Both the position numbers and the translations under genes were made by a program. From positions 23,843 to 87,842 of the IMG/VR virus record IMGVR_UViG_3300013127_000002: a DNA stretch of 64,000 nucleotides. One strand, 5' to 3'. A model generated the notes under the pieces. It saw only the letters and a list, made by a program, of their open reading frames with translations, ran no database searches and was not told the DNA's origin. The DNA is from a virus. Below are positions 45,339-55,705 of the stretch, piece by piece. Every line of letters starts with the position of its first letter. The first letter of the stretch is position 1.

Positions 45339-48260
45339 ATGGCTAGCCAAGAAGTTGTCTACACACACGGTTCTGATACTGGCGAACGAGACTCTGCGGC
45401 TATCGCCCCTATCGTTCCTGGTGAGAAGGTGAAGTCGGCGATCGTTGACCGACCGCTGGACAATCTACGTAATCGTTCCGAGGTTCTTCGGGACGAAATG
45501 ATCGACCAGAAGTACCTGCAAGACACAGATATCATGTGGCTTGCTGCCGACGGTGATGCCGTAACGGGACTGAATCCGGGAAACAACCTTCCGCAAATTC
45601 TGTGGGATCCGGCGCTAGGTAAGTTCCTGCTCGGACCGACACCCGGCGCGTCCATGATCCTTCAGCCGATCAAAACACCTGGTGTGGATACGCACGATGT
45701 CGTGACGTACACCTTCGTGACGGACACTCTCGCCATTGAGTCCATCTTCCGGAACTACAAGGGGGGCAATCGACGCGAAGTGCGGTGGGTCTGGGATGCG
45801 GGAATCACGCTGACTGCGCTGGCAGTCCTTTCTGGTTCTCCGGATCACATCCTGACCATTCACGTAGCGAGTGACTTCACCTCCACCGTAACCGATGTGG
45901 ACAACGCACTCATTGCTCTTGGCGGAGCACTCGGCGCTGCGGGGTTCTCACACGTGGTTACGGGAGGGTCGGATTTCATCACAGCCCTGCCCTCGGATTA
46001 CGTGTTCACGAAAATCTTCGAACGCGAGATGCACCGGATTCCGGATAGCCAGTTCTTTGCGTTCTTCGACCCGCTTGGGTTGAACAAGAGTCTTGCAGAC
46101 GGGGATACGCTCGCGATTGCCTACGAGATGATGGCCGAACCTTCTCCCGGTATTGGCGGGCGTCGTCAAGCCTGTCCCACGAACGGTAATATCAGTCTCA
46201 TGGCGGCACAGTTGTTCATCACGACTGAAGAGCCGGAGAAGATTCCGATCGCCGTACCGATCTGCAAGCGCATTGGTGACGATCTCATCTTCGTGGATGG
46301 TACGGTGTGTTACGGTCACGCAACACCCGCGATTCCACCTCTCTACTTGGGGGAGCATGGGTATACCGTTGAGCGCATCATTAACGTGTCGACCTGGGCA
46401 TCTGCTGCAATCACGAATCAGTGGTACGGGTCTATCCCTCTCTCAGGGGGTCCGACATGGACCATCAACACCGCCCTGAACAACATCATCGGGGATCTGG
46501 CTCTGTCGAGTGCGCCTTCTGGAGCAGCCCGGATCGGCATGAGTGCAACGACAAGCGTGCCGACGAGCTTGGGCTCCTACAATGTGCCCGGTCCTGGAGG
46601 GGCGTCAATCGCGACAGCGCTTCTGTCGATGATCGCGCTGCTCAATACGAAAGCGTCTTTGGGTCTTGGTGGAGTGTTCGGTGCGGAAGAAATCATCACA
46701 GGCCGGTGGAAGTTCAACAACCACGTACGGATGGGACAGCACCAGGTCTTGATGTGGGATGCTCCGGCAGACGGTTGGTGGCACCTTGTCTCCAGAAACT
46801 TCCGTTCGGCTCCGGGTCAGACAGAGACGAATTCCGAAGTTACGCGTCAGACATATTCCGTTTACGAGAACGGGAACCCTACATTCCATTACGGAGAACG
46901 CCTGGAAGTGATTGGTGGATACTCCTCTGCCTCTGATGCGATTACGTCTTCTCCGGATGGTGCAGGTAGTGTGTTCTTCATCAAGACGTCCAACCACATG
47001 TCGGCTTCCGGTGGTGATTACATAATGGGAGTGCGCTGGAGTGTTCCGGCCAGTACTCCCCTGAACATTTACGTTCCCAGTGATTGGGACTACTACCAGA
47101 ATCTCAAGTATGACAGCGGACCGTCGCCGGTCGAGATTGCCAACCACGTTCATGGGTGGGATGGAACGGTGACTCGGCCTCTTGCGAAGCAGTACTGGCA
47201 CATCCCACAAAAAGTCGAAAACGATATCGACTTTGCAGGGTATGACACGGGGGATGTTTTCGGCGAGTACTCCCGCATCCAGGTATGCAGCCTTCCGTGG
47301 TCTACAGTACTCGAAGGCATGTATGCACAGCCGGAGGACCCGCTCAATACGGCTATCTGGTCGCCAGATACTATCCGGTTGAGTCCCGGGAGAGCTCTCG
47401 TTAACGGAAGGCCGATTTCTCGTGTGATTGCTCCCGGTCAACTCATTACTGGACTGTCGAGCAAGTTGATGAATACCGTGGTTCTTCCGACTTCGGCGGA
47501 CGACGGAGACAGTACGAAGATACCGGCCTGGTATTACCTGTGGATGCGGTCTGACCGGAATGTATTCCTGGGAAAGGCGATTCCGAACGACAACTACGGG
47601 ACTTTTGTTCCGGGAAATTCTCTCTATCGTCCCAACCCCTCGGAAGTACATCCCGGGTACTCCATGGCGGACTACACGCTTCTCGACGTTGTGTACCTTG
47701 CGCAGGTTTACAACCCGGGAACAGGGGACGAATACTACTGGGACGTTGCCCCGCCTTGCGGAGGGACGGAGCGGCGGTTTGTTCCTCGCCTTCTCCCGTC
47801 TACGGGTCTGCCCATTTGGCGCCATTTCGTGATTGATGTTGCGGATCACGGCGCCGCTCCCGTGACGGTGTCCATGATCCAGAACGGTACAGGAGCGGGG
47901 TTCCCGAGGATTCGAGTTCCTGGGTATCCTTCAGGAGTTACGGAAAAGGCGATCATCGGATACAACGTTGAATTCACTCTGGCTACTATGGGCGTAGCCG
48001 GGGCAGCTCTCGTGTCGGCGCTTCTCAGTACAAACCCCTTCTTCGAGCCTGCGTGGATTACGGAGGCGCCGAGGATGCTATGGTTCCAGTCCACAACGAA
48101 CAACACGTCCGTTGTCGTGTCTCACGGCGGGGAGTTCGATCTGACATCGCTGGTTAACACGTTCATATACACGTCGTATCTTTTGAACGATGCCGCGTAC
48201 GAAGCGCGGTTCTACCTCGAAGGTTTCCACTGGGATCGTGCTGCGGGCGCCCAAAGCTGA
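45339..48260 (+). CDS. large virion structural (fibre-like) protein
   Basis: DRPLDNLRNRSEVLR N-terminal motif; 973 aa. Confidence 0.6.
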   Translation: MASQEVVYTHGSDTGERDSAAIAPIVPGEKVKSAIVDRPLDNLRNRSEVLRDEMIDQKYLQDTDIMWLAADGDAVTGLNPGNNLPQILWDPALGKFLLGPTPGASMILQPIKTPGVDTHDVVTYTFVTDTLAIESIFRNYKGGNRREVRWVWDAGITLTALAVLSGSPDHILTIHVASDFTSTVTDVDNALIALGGALGAAGFSHVVTGGSDFITALPSDYVFTKIFEREMHRIPDSQFFAFFDPLGLNKSLADGDTLAIAYEMMAEPSPGIGGRRQACPTNGNISLMAAQLFITTEEPEKIPIAVPICKRIGDDLIFVDGTVCYGHATPAIPPLYLGEHGYTVERIINVSTWASAAITNQWYGSIPLSGGPTWTINTALNNIIGDLALSSAPSGAARIGMSATTSVPTSLGSYNVPGPGGASIATALLSMIALLNTKASLGLGGVFGAEEIITGRWKFNNHVRMGQHQVLMWDAPADGWWHLVSRNFRSAPGQTETNSEVTRQTYSVYENGNPTFHYGERLEVIGGYSSASDAITSSPDGAGSVFFIKTSNHMSASGGDYIMGVRWSVPASTPLNIYVPSDWDYYQNLKYDSGPSPVEIANHVHGWDGTVTRPLAKQYWHIPQKVENDIDFAGYDTGDVFGEYSRIQVCSLPWSTVLEGMYAQPEDPLNTAIWSPDTIRLSPGRALVNGRPISRVIAPGQLITGLSSKLMNTVVLPTSADDGDSTKIPAWYYLWMRSDRNVFLGKAIPNDNYGTFVPGNSLYRPNPSEVHPGYSMADYTLLDVVYLAQVYNPGTGDEYYWDVAPPCGGTERRFVPRLLPSTGLPIWRHFVIDVADHGAAPVTVSMIQNGTGAGFPRIRVPGYPSGVTEKAIIGYNVEFTLATMGVAGAALVSALLSTNPFFEPAWITEAPRMLWFQSTTNNTSVVVSHGGEFDLTSLVNTFIYTSYLLNDAAYEARFYLEGFHWDRAAGAQS

Positions 48261-48269
48261 TTGTAGCTT

Positions 48270-48773
48270 TTACATAAAAACAGCAGTGACGCCTGGAGGA
48301 GGCGGTGTGATCGCGATTACCGGTCCGCTTCCAGGAGTGGTCAGCCACTTGAGAATGGCATTCGCTACTTTTCCCTTTGCTGACGGCTGAGACGGGTCTG
48401 GCGCACTGATCGAACTCATGGCCGTGGAAAGTTTCCCCCCGGGAGCAATGGACGCGATGGTAGGCGTAGGCGTGAACATCGCGGTGATAGGGGTGCCGTT
48501 CCAGTAGGCAAAAAAAGCGGCCTCCAAGAGGTCGCAGACTGCCGTAGGACCTCCCGTTGCTTCGAACGCCGCCTGAACCCCACTGACCAGGGCACTCCTC
48601 GCGATCTGAGAAGTGCCCGGGTTCATTGGGGCTCCGTTGACTTGTGCGTTTTCGAAGAACGCGATGAAGGCATCTGAGAACTTCTGAGCCGCTTCAGCTG
48701 CACTGGCGGCGCCGGGAGTTTCTGCCTTCTCCAGGTCCTTTGCGAATTTCGATACGAACGCGGAGAGTGCCAT
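48270..48773 (-). CDS. hypothetical protein
   Basis: 167 aa Ala-rich, RBS GAGGTG. Confidence 0.6.
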   Translation of the reverse strand: MALSAFVSKFAKDLEKAETPGAASAAEAAQKFSDAFIAFFENAQVNGAPMNPGTSQIARSALVSGVQAAFEATGGPTAVCDLLEAAFFAYWNGTPITAMFTPTPTIASIAPGGKLSTAMSSISAPDPSQPSAKGKVANAILKWLTTPGSGPVIAITPPPPGVTAVFM

Positions 48774-48774
48774 G

Positions 48775-48966
48775 TCACCTCGGGTTGGGGATGTTTTGCA
48801 TTTCCTTCAGCTCAAACGTACCATCTTTCATGCGCTGAACAAAGAGTCGGAGACCGTTCACGCCATTCATGCACGTGCCGCACACGAACCCGATTTCGAC
48901 GCCTTGATGCATGACCTCGATGTAGTCCTTGTTTTTCTTGGTGGATTTGCAATTGATGCATTTCAT
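48775..48966 (-). CDS. small CxxC-CxxC protein
   Basis: MKCINC...CGTC; ATGA overlap with the RNR stop. Confidence 0.6.
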   Translation of the reverse strand: MKCINCKSTKKNKDYIEVMHQGVEIGFVCGTCMNGVNGLRLFVQRMKDGTFELKEMQNIPNPR

Positions 48967-51644
48967 GAGCACACTCCGTTTCCGTGTCCGCAGACCCGGC
49001 ACACACTACATGTGCCGGTCTTGACCATGGGGCTTCCGCAGTTGGAGCAGGGATCTTCGCTGAGGTCGTAATCCATTTCGTCGTGTTCCAGGGAGTCCGA
49101 TGCCGCGGCAGTCCGGAATTTCTTTTCTCGGCGGTCCTCGATTTCTTTCTGTTTGTCAGGAGTGAGGTACCGCTTCTTCATCCACTTGAATACGTAGTCG
49201 ATGATCGAGGTGGCAAACATGATGTCAGGGTTGGAAGTGATCCCTCCCGGGCTGAACTTAACACCCTCGAAACTCCGAACGAGTTCTTCCACAGGAACAC
49301 CGTACTGCAACAGGAAGGAACACGCCTTTGCGAAAGAGTCCAGCAACCCACTCACCATAGACCCCGGTTTTGCCATCCGGATGAACATCTCACCCGGTCG
49401 GCCGTCCTCGTAGTACCCGATGATCAGGTAGCCGGCGTACCCGCCGACACTGAACTTGTGTGTGTGAGACTCTCGGTCATTCGGGAGTTCTTCCCGAGAC
49501 AAGGTAGGTTTCTTTTTCCTTAACTCCTGCAATATCTCTTCGGCCCGCATAGGCTCGCTGAGCTTGCTTCCCTTTCGGTAGATGGAGATGGCTTTCACGC
49601 CACGCTCCCATGCCTTCAGGAAAGTCAGTTCGACGTCTTTTACGGAGGCGTTGTGCGGCATGTTGAACGTTTTGGATATTGCCCCTGACAGGAAGGGCTG
49701 TACGGCCGCGACCATTTCGATGTGTGCGTCCACCGACAGGAATCTCTTGGCTCCTTTTACGGCAGAAGCACAGTCGAATACTGCGAGGTGTTCCTCCTTC
49801 AGCCCGGATCTTTCCAGGTGCCGATTGTCGATGACGTAGGCGAGAAGATCCAGCCGCTCTTTCTCTGAGTATCCAAGAACAGTAAGTGCCCGGTCTATGT
49901 TCGGGTTCACGTAGTCCATGGTCTCCCCTTGGATGAGTATCTTCGTTTTCTTCAGTGCGTAATCCGGTTCGATCCCGGTGGTTGCACAGTCCATTACGAA
50001 GCCGATAGTGCCTGTGGGGGCAAGGAGGGTGACCTGACAGTTTCGGAACCCAACACCCTCTTCACCTCTCTTCCCGAAACCCGCACCTACTGCTTCTCTC
50101 CAGGTGGTGAGTGCCTTGGTGTGGATTCCTGCTATGTCTCGCTTCAAGGACTTGGTGGACGTAACGTGCTTGGAAAGCACATCCTCCATGGAGATCTTGT
50201 TGGCTTCGAAGCGCTCGAACGGCCCTTTGACTTCTGCCAGTTCGGTGCTGACCAGATACGCCTGTCCTGTCATCAAGCTGGTGATAGATGCTGCCAGATT
50301 TCGTCCGTCGTCGCTGTCGTACGGAAAGCCCCAAGCCATCAGGAGTCCCCCGAGGTTCGAGTACCCTAGACCCAGCGGGCGGTATTTGTGGCTATTCTCC
50401 TCGATCTTCTTGGTCGGGTATCCGGCCATTCCCACCAGGATGTCTTGTGCGGTTATGAAAATCCGGATGACGTGTTTGAACGTCTTTACGTCGAAGTTTC
50501 TTTCCGGCAGAGAGAAACGGTCCAAGTTGATGCTGGCCAGGTTACAGGCGGAGTCGTTCAGCCACATGAACTCAGAGCACGGGTTGCTTCCGTGGATTTC
50601 TCCGTCATTGGCGCACGTGTTCATCTTGTTGACGGTGTCGTGGAACTGGATTCCCGGGTCCCCACACTTGTGCGCCGCTTCGGCAATGGAAAAGAACAGA
50701 TCCTTGATCGAGACAATCTCCGCGAGGGACTGATCTGTGCGGTTGATGAGATGCCACGAGAAGTCTTCCTTGTATCCGTGAAGGACTTCACGTACCCGCT
50801 TCATGAACTCGTCCGTAACGCGGACAGAGTGGTTCTCGTTCTGGTATCGAACGATGGAGTAGGCCCCGTTTACTTCCTGGAATTCCGGGCTGAGTCCTCC
50901 TTCGACGAGGATACGTACGATATCCTCCTGGTTTCCCTTACTCCAGATGAACGCTTCGATGTCCGGGTGGTCGGCATTCAGGATGCACATTTTGGCGGCT
51001 CTGCGAGTCCTGCCGCCGGACAGGATGATGCTGGCGACGGAGTCGTAGATGTACATGAAGGAGACAGGGCCTGAAGCGTGACCGCCCCCGCGGATGCTCT
51101 CGGTAGACGCGCGTAGCGGAGAGAAGTTCACGCCCGAACCCGCCCCCTCCTTGTAAATCAGCCCCTCGGTTTTTGCCAACTCCAGGATGCTGGCCATGTC
51201 ATCTTCTACGGAGTTGATGAAGCACGCAGACGCTAGCGGTTTTGCTACTCCCGAAACGCCCACGTTGAAGAGCACAGGAGAGTTGAACATTGCGAGTTGT
51301 TTTACGAGTATGGTAATCAACTCGTCGGAGAAGATCTTTGCGTTGTTTTCGTCGAAGTACTCTTTCGCTACCCCCTCCGCCGCGATTGCCTTCACAATGC
51401 GAGAGAAGGTTTGTTTTGCGCTGGTTTCCCGTTCTGAAGATACCCGGGATTGCCGGAGGTATTTCTGGGCGAAGATCCCGCAAGCATCGAGAGACCAGAA
51501 GTCCGGAAATTCTGCATCGGTGCACTCGTAGAGGATCTTCCCGTTCTTGTCCTTACTGATGATGTGGTGTTTCGTCCAGTGCACTGCGCCAAAGGGGTCC
51601 GTGTTCTCCTGCGACAGGAGTCGTGGGAATTCGAGCATGTTCAC
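48963..51644 (-). CDS. nrdJ: class II (adenosylcobalamin-dependent) ribonucleotide reductase
   Basis: FNSPVLFN, SACFI, GGRTRRAAKM, SNPCSEF, RPLGLG, APTGTI, GAISKT; TSCPD-like C-terminal domain plus Zn ribbon. Confidence 0.93.
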   Translation of the reverse strand: MNMLEFPRLLSQENTDPFGAVHWTKHHIISKDKNGKILYECTDAEFPDFWSLDACGIFAQKYLRQSRVSSERETSAKQTFSRIVKAIAAEGVAKEYFDENNAKIFSDELITILVKQLAMFNSPVLFNVGVSGVAKPLASACFINSVEDDMASILELAKTEGLIYKEGAGSGVNFSPLRASTESIRGGGHASGPVSFMYIYDSVASIILSGGRTRRAAKMCILNADHPDIEAFIWSKGNQEDIVRILVEGGLSPEFQEVNGAYSIVRYQNENHSVRVTDEFMKRVREVLHGYKEDFSWHLINRTDQSLAEIVSIKDLFFSIAEAAHKCGDPGIQFHDTVNKMNTCANDGEIHGSNPCSEFMWLNDSACNLASINLDRFSLPERNFDVKTFKHVIRIFITAQDILVGMAGYPTKKIEENSHKYRPLGLGYSNLGGLLMAWGFPYDSDDGRNLAASITSLMTGQAYLVSTELAEVKGPFERFEANKISMEDVLSKHVTSTKSLKRDIAGIHTKALTTWREAVGAGFGKRGEEGVGFRNCQVTLLAPTGTIGFVMDCATTGIEPDYALKKTKILIQGETMDYVNPNIDRALTVLGYSEKERLDLLAYVIDNRHLERSGLKEEHLAVFDCASAVKGAKRFLSVDAHIEMVAAVQPFLSGAISKTFNMPHNASVKDVELTFLKAWERGVKAISIYRKGSKLSEPMRAEEILQELRKKKPTLSREELPNDRESHTHKFSVGGYAGYLIIGYYEDGRPGEMFIRMAKPGSMVSGLLDSFAKACSFLLQYGVPVEELVRSFEGVKFSPGGITSNPDIMFATSIIDYVFKWMKKRYLTPDKQKEIEDRREKKFRTAAASDSLEHDEMDYDLSEDPCSNCGSPMVKTGTCSVCRVCGHGNGVCS

Positions 51645-51648
51645 TCCT

Positions 51649-52221
51649 TCAGAGATTGGTGGTTGTACGGCTCAGACGAACCGTTTCCTTCTTGGCTCTA
51701 GGCATTCTCATACCAAAGATTACAGCTATCTGTGCCCTGGTTAAACCATGTAATGGCTCGGGGCTGAAATACGCGTAGGCGATGTATGCTAACCAGGAGG
51801 CGTCTGCTTCATCTTCGGTCATTTTCTGGTTCCAGAAGTCTTCCGCGGCCGAGATCATCTTGTTTTTGGAGGCTCCACCATTACCGGTCGCAAACTTCTT
51901 TACCGAAGTGGGGGCTACTCGGAGCACAGGGCTTCCCAGGTCCTCCATCGTCAGAGAGAGACGGCCGCGTAGGTCTCCCAGGTCATCCGCCCGATTTACG
52001 CTGTAAAGTGATGGGCCTTCGATAGCGGTGAAGATGGGGGAGAGTCCCCGAACAAACTCCTGGAGTTGTGTCCTGTGGTACTGGAGTCTGGGTGTGCCGC
52101 GGAGGTCTTTGGGGACGGTGTGTGTCACCCGGGTTTCGAGCAGTCCGTTGTCGTCGATGATGAGGGAGAGACCTGTTTTTCGGAGGGAGGGGTCGATGCC
52201 TAAATATGCGTGTACACCCAT
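51649..52221 (-). CDS. ruvC: RuvC-like Holliday junction resolvase
   Basis: LGIDPSLRKTG, AIEG, PTSVKKFATGNGGASK, DEADA. Confidence 0.88.
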   Translation of the reverse strand: MGVHAYLGIDPSLRKTGLSLIIDDNGLLETRVTHTVPKDLRGTPRLQYHRTQLQEFVRGLSPIFTAIEGPSLYSVNRADDLGDLRGRLSLTMEDLGSPVLRVAPTSVKKFATGNGGASKNKMISAAEDFWNQKMTEDEADASWLAYIAYAYFSPEPLHGLTRAQIAVIFGMRMPRAKKETVRLSRTTTNL

Positions 52222-52287
52222 CGTTGTTGACCTCCACCTTAGGTCCCGTTACTATCAGAAAGAAACCATAGAACCCGTGGTGATGCA

Positions 52288-52971
52288 ATGCCATTTCCTC
52301 CAGACGCTAAGCTAACTCTTGAAATGGAGCGGTTTATTCTGGGGTCAGGATATTACCTTCATACGAAGGTCATTACCGGGCCTACGAATACCGATCCTGT
52401 GGAACTGGAACCTTCTCTTTTGGTGCGTCTGAATACGAACACGCAGCCTGATGCGCTCGCGCGTGTCTGCTCTCGTACAGATCTTGAGGCGTACCCCGAG
52501 GTGCTGTACCCCGTACGAGATCTCTTCGAGCTGACAGGTCCGAGTATCGTGGCGGCTCTGGGTCTTGGGTCAATAGTTGTGGGGGATGATGTTATCATTA
52601 CGTGTCCGGATTTGTGGCAGCATATCAACCCGCTGGTTACCAGTTTTATCACAACCGTTGCAGCCATTGGGGCATACAATACGTCGATTCTTGTGGTGGA
52701 CAAATTCCCGGCCCCGTATGACTTGGGCATGGATTACGTGATTTCTAGTGGCATGGTCACTCACGCGGCAGGATCGGACGCGATTGCGCAGAGATACAAC
52801 CTGAACCACGAGCTGTACTGCCGAGTGAAAGACGACTACACGCGGTTTGATGACCTTTCCGAGGCGATCAACAAGCTCAACTCTGTGAAACTTGAAGCAC
52901 AAGGGCTTGTGAACGATTACGAGACCTCAGGTTCTTCCTTCGAGGGGGACGAGACGGAGACGTTCACATGA
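52288..52971 (+). CDS. putative virion protein (paralog 1)
   Basis: Shares RV..DLE...Y.R...A pattern with the next two ORFs. Confidence 0.6.
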   Translation: MPFPPDAKLTLEMERFILGSGYYLHTKVITGPTNTDPVELEPSLLVRLNTNTQPDALARVCSRTDLEAYPEVLYPVRDLFELTGPSIVAALGLGSIVVGDDVIITCPDLWQHINPLVTSFITTVAAIGAYNTSILVVDKFPAPYDLGMDYVISSGMVTHAAGSDAIAQRYNLNHELYCRVKDDYTRFDDLSEAINKLNSVKLEAQGLVNDYETSGSSFEGDETETFT

Positions 52972-53342
52972 GCGTAACGATCGACTACACGCAATTCCGT
53001 ACGATCATCGAGGGCCCGAAGTACCAGATAGAAACGACGGTCACGTACGTTGCAGGAATCGCTCGGGAGATCTTTGTGATGAACACCGAGCTCGGGACTT
53101 TCGAACATGTTGCTACGGTGTGGGACATGGAGCACGTTGTCCCGAGTCGTGATCAGGCCATACTTGAGGGTCGGGGGTACTACAGAGACAGCGCGTGCAT
53201 GGTAGTATATGATACCGACCTTGCGGCGATAGAGTTTACGGAGTATACGAAAGACCGCGTGCAGGATCTGGTCACCAAGTACGCCCGGGCCGTCGGAGAG
53301 TTCACAGGGACCGTCAACTACCACATCGAGAACGCACCATGA
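52968..53342 (+). CDS. putative virion protein (paralog 2)
   Basis: YQIETTV...FEHVATVWDME...YYR. Confidence 0.65.
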   Translation: MSVTIDYTQFRTIIEGPKYQIETTVTYVAGIAREIFVMNTELGTFEHVATVWDMEHVVPSRDQAILEGRGYYRDSACMVVYDTDLAAIEFTEYTKDRVQDLVTKYARAVGEFTGTVNYHIENAP

Positions 53343-54391
53343 TCAAGACAGAGGTTACGCAGGAATGTATCCCGGTCGAACTCGATGACGGGATGAAGTA
53401 CCAAATCACGACGACTGTGGTTGTTCCGGGAGAGCTCCCGGACGTTTACCTTTTCGTGCACGACGTGATCGATCTAGTGGACCCCAAGCAAGATGTTTTC
53501 GTGCGGGTAGCTAATCCCTATGATCTTGAAAACATCGTCACTACCCGCGCGGCGGCTATCACCAACGGAACCAAGAGGTACCGGGCCAACGCATTTGTAG
53601 TTAGGTACACAGACGTAGAGTTGGCAGTTCAGGCGAAGCAGGCTGTTCTTCAGCGTGTCGATACCGCAGTAAACACATGGTACGTGTTCCGGTCCGAGTT
53701 TGAGGTTCCTGCTCCGCCTCCGCCATTGCCGATTCTGTACCGGCCGGAGACTGATGAGGAATATCTCCAGACTCTCGTTAACGCGTACAAGGCGGCGATA
53801 GAAGCCCGAGTCGCGGCCGAGGCAGATGCTGTAACCGCACAGGCTGCGGTTACGACCGCAGAGGCAGAGGCGGCTGCCGCTGCGGCCATGGTTCTCATCT
53901 ACGAGAAGGAGACCACCTTCTGTCAGACGGCGAGGACTACGTACTGGTTGAGTCCTTTGGGTTTGCTGAGCGGTGTATCGAATCTGTCCAGCAAGTCTCA
54001 ACAGTTCTTCAACGACTCGAAGACGATTTACAACACGTACGGAGCGTGTGGAACGTATCCTGCGTGTTCTGCTCTTCCAGGCACATGGCAGTACGATCTC
54101 CACGCAAAACTCCTGGTTATGGAGGCGGCGCTTACAGGTACAGGCGGATGGTCTACGAGCGAACCGTACATGGGTCTCATGGATACGGTTCTCGCCTCGT
54201 TCTGTAGTGCGGCGACAGTCGGGTACACAACGGCGGTCAATACCAAGAGCTCCAAGGATCTGGCAGTGGCCAATGCCCAGACAGCAAAAGAAAAGGCGGA
54301 CGCGAGTGTCGCGACCGCCCAAGCAAACGAAGATGCAGCTCTCGCTGCCATTATGACTGCGTGTCCAACGTTCGATATCTCCTCAATATGA
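53339..54391 (+). CDS. putative virion protein (paralog 3) with Ala-rich coiled coil
   Basis: YQITTTV...FVRVANPYDLE...RYR. Confidence 0.65.
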   Translation: MIKTEVTQECIPVELDDGMKYQITTTVVVPGELPDVYLFVHDVIDLVDPKQDVFVRVANPYDLENIVTTRAAAITNGTKRYRANAFVVRYTDVELAVQAKQAVLQRVDTAVNTWYVFRSEFEVPAPPPPLPILYRPETDEEYLQTLVNAYKAAIEARVAAEADAVTAQAAVTTAEAEAAAAAAMVLIYEKETTFCQTARTTYWLSPLGLLSGVSNLSSKSQQFFNDSKTIYNTYGACGTYPACSALPGTWQYDLHAKLLVMEAALTGTGGWSTSEPYMGLMDTVLASFCSAATVGYTTAVNTKSSKDLAVANAQTAKEKADASVATAQANEDAALAAIMTACPTFDISSI

Positions 54392-55705
54392 CTTGATGGT
54401 GTCGTACGGAGTTCTATTTACTGAACTTAAAGGACTGACTGTTTTCGACACGAAGGGGATCCTTCCGTGTGAGCGGTAAACATCAGTCAAGTCTTTGACG
54501 TAGAAGGACCAGGACGCGATTTCGTTTGACCGCTTGTAGTAGAAATACTGCCGGAAGCCGTCGTCTTCGTAGCGGGTGTAGCGTGCGGCGTAGGACGTCT
54601 TGTGCCAACCACTTCCCATTGTCGGACTTTGTGAAAAGCTGGACACGACAGCCAACAACGCTTTCAGGCGTTTTGTGATCCGCAGCTTTTCCGGGTAACT
54701 TGTGCCGTATCCGCATTTCTGGATGATTTCCTGCGCCTGCTTGTACGTCATTGGGCGCTCTTCTCCGGTTCGCATATTGCCCAGCATGTATTGCAGTCCG
54801 TCACGGTACCGGAAAGTCAGGTAGTGCTCTTTCCCTTGGAAGTAACTCGATAGCCGTCCGGAGTTCTTTAACAAGTAAGCCAGTTGCGCATTCGTGTACG
54901 GGATGTTGCACACTTCCAGGATATGTTCGTAGTATGCGTCTTCGGACTTGTCGTAGGCTCCTTCGCACCATCTGGAACGATCGTTTGGGCAGCAGTGATT
55001 TACCAGACAGATTCCGCACACGTTTTTTCTAAACCGGTCCTTTTGTACCCGGGACTGTGCTGCCTCTTTTCTGGCTTCTATGTTCCGGTCTATTGCATCG
55101 AAATTTACAGACCCGACGGCGAGTCTCCTAGACGAGAAGCTGGTCTGGCCCGCGGTGTATATGGGGCTGATGAAGGTGTATCCTTCGAGCTGCATCTTGA
55201 GATGTTTCCAGCGCTCCAGTGTATCCATTATTTCTGAAGGTACGCGTTGTGTCTTTTGTGCTTGGTATATCTTCTTTATCTCGCAATGTAGTTCCGGATT
55301 TTCAACTTCGTTGAGACATTCGCTACACCCCAAGATCAGTTTGTGCGGCAGGGTACACGCGTCCTGTATGGTTTTCGGGTACATGAGTTTGTACTCCCCG
55401 TCTATGACGGCCGGGACTCGCTGTGCTTTCCCTTCTGTGAAACCCGGAGACATGATGTTGATGTCGTCTGTGATGGTATATCCCTGTTGAGTATTGAAGC
55501 CGAAACGCAACACAGGAAAGAACGCATCGAGTGCGGGCGACTGTAGCAGTCTCTTGGCGTTTTCCGCCTTCAGCGTGTCGCGGAACAGGAAGTACAGGTT
55601 GCGCAGGGTGTCCATGCCGTTTCCTCTGTGCCTCCGCCAGGTTTCACGACCGCTGAAGGCGTACGTGAATATCTTGTCGGGAATTTCGGCAGGTATATCA
55701 GCCAT
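54383..55705 (-). CDS. Cys-rich hypothetical protein downstream of the RT
   Basis: C..CSEC..C and CGICLVNHCC...C clusters; 8-bp overlap with the RT stop. Confidence 0.7.
   Translation of the reverse strand: MADIPAEIPDKIFTYAFSGRETWRRHRGNGMDTLRNLYFLFRDTLKAENAKRLLQSPALDAFFPVLRFGFNTQQGYTITDDINIMSPGFTEGKAQRVPAVIDGEYKLMYPKTIQDACTLPHKLILGCSECLNEVENPELHCEIKKIYQAQKTQRVPSEIMDTLERWKHLKMQLEGYTFISPIYTAGQTSFSSRRLAVGSVNFDAIDRNIEARKEAAQSRVQKDRFRKNVCGICLVNHCCPNDRSRWCEGAYDKSEDAYYEHILEVCNIPYTNAQLAYLLKNSGRLSSYFQGKEHYLTFRYRDGLQYMLGNMRTGEERPMTYKQAQEIIQKCGYGTSYPEKLRITKRLKALLAVVSSFSQSPTMGSGWHKTSYAARYTRYEDDGFRQYFYYKRSNEIASWSFYVKDLTDVYRSHGRIPFVSKTVSPLSSVNRTPYDTIKSY

Noticed and set aside
48963-51644. Intein or intron in RNR, helicase or terminase
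   Set aside because: Lengths are ordinary and no intein or homing endonuclease motifs were seen
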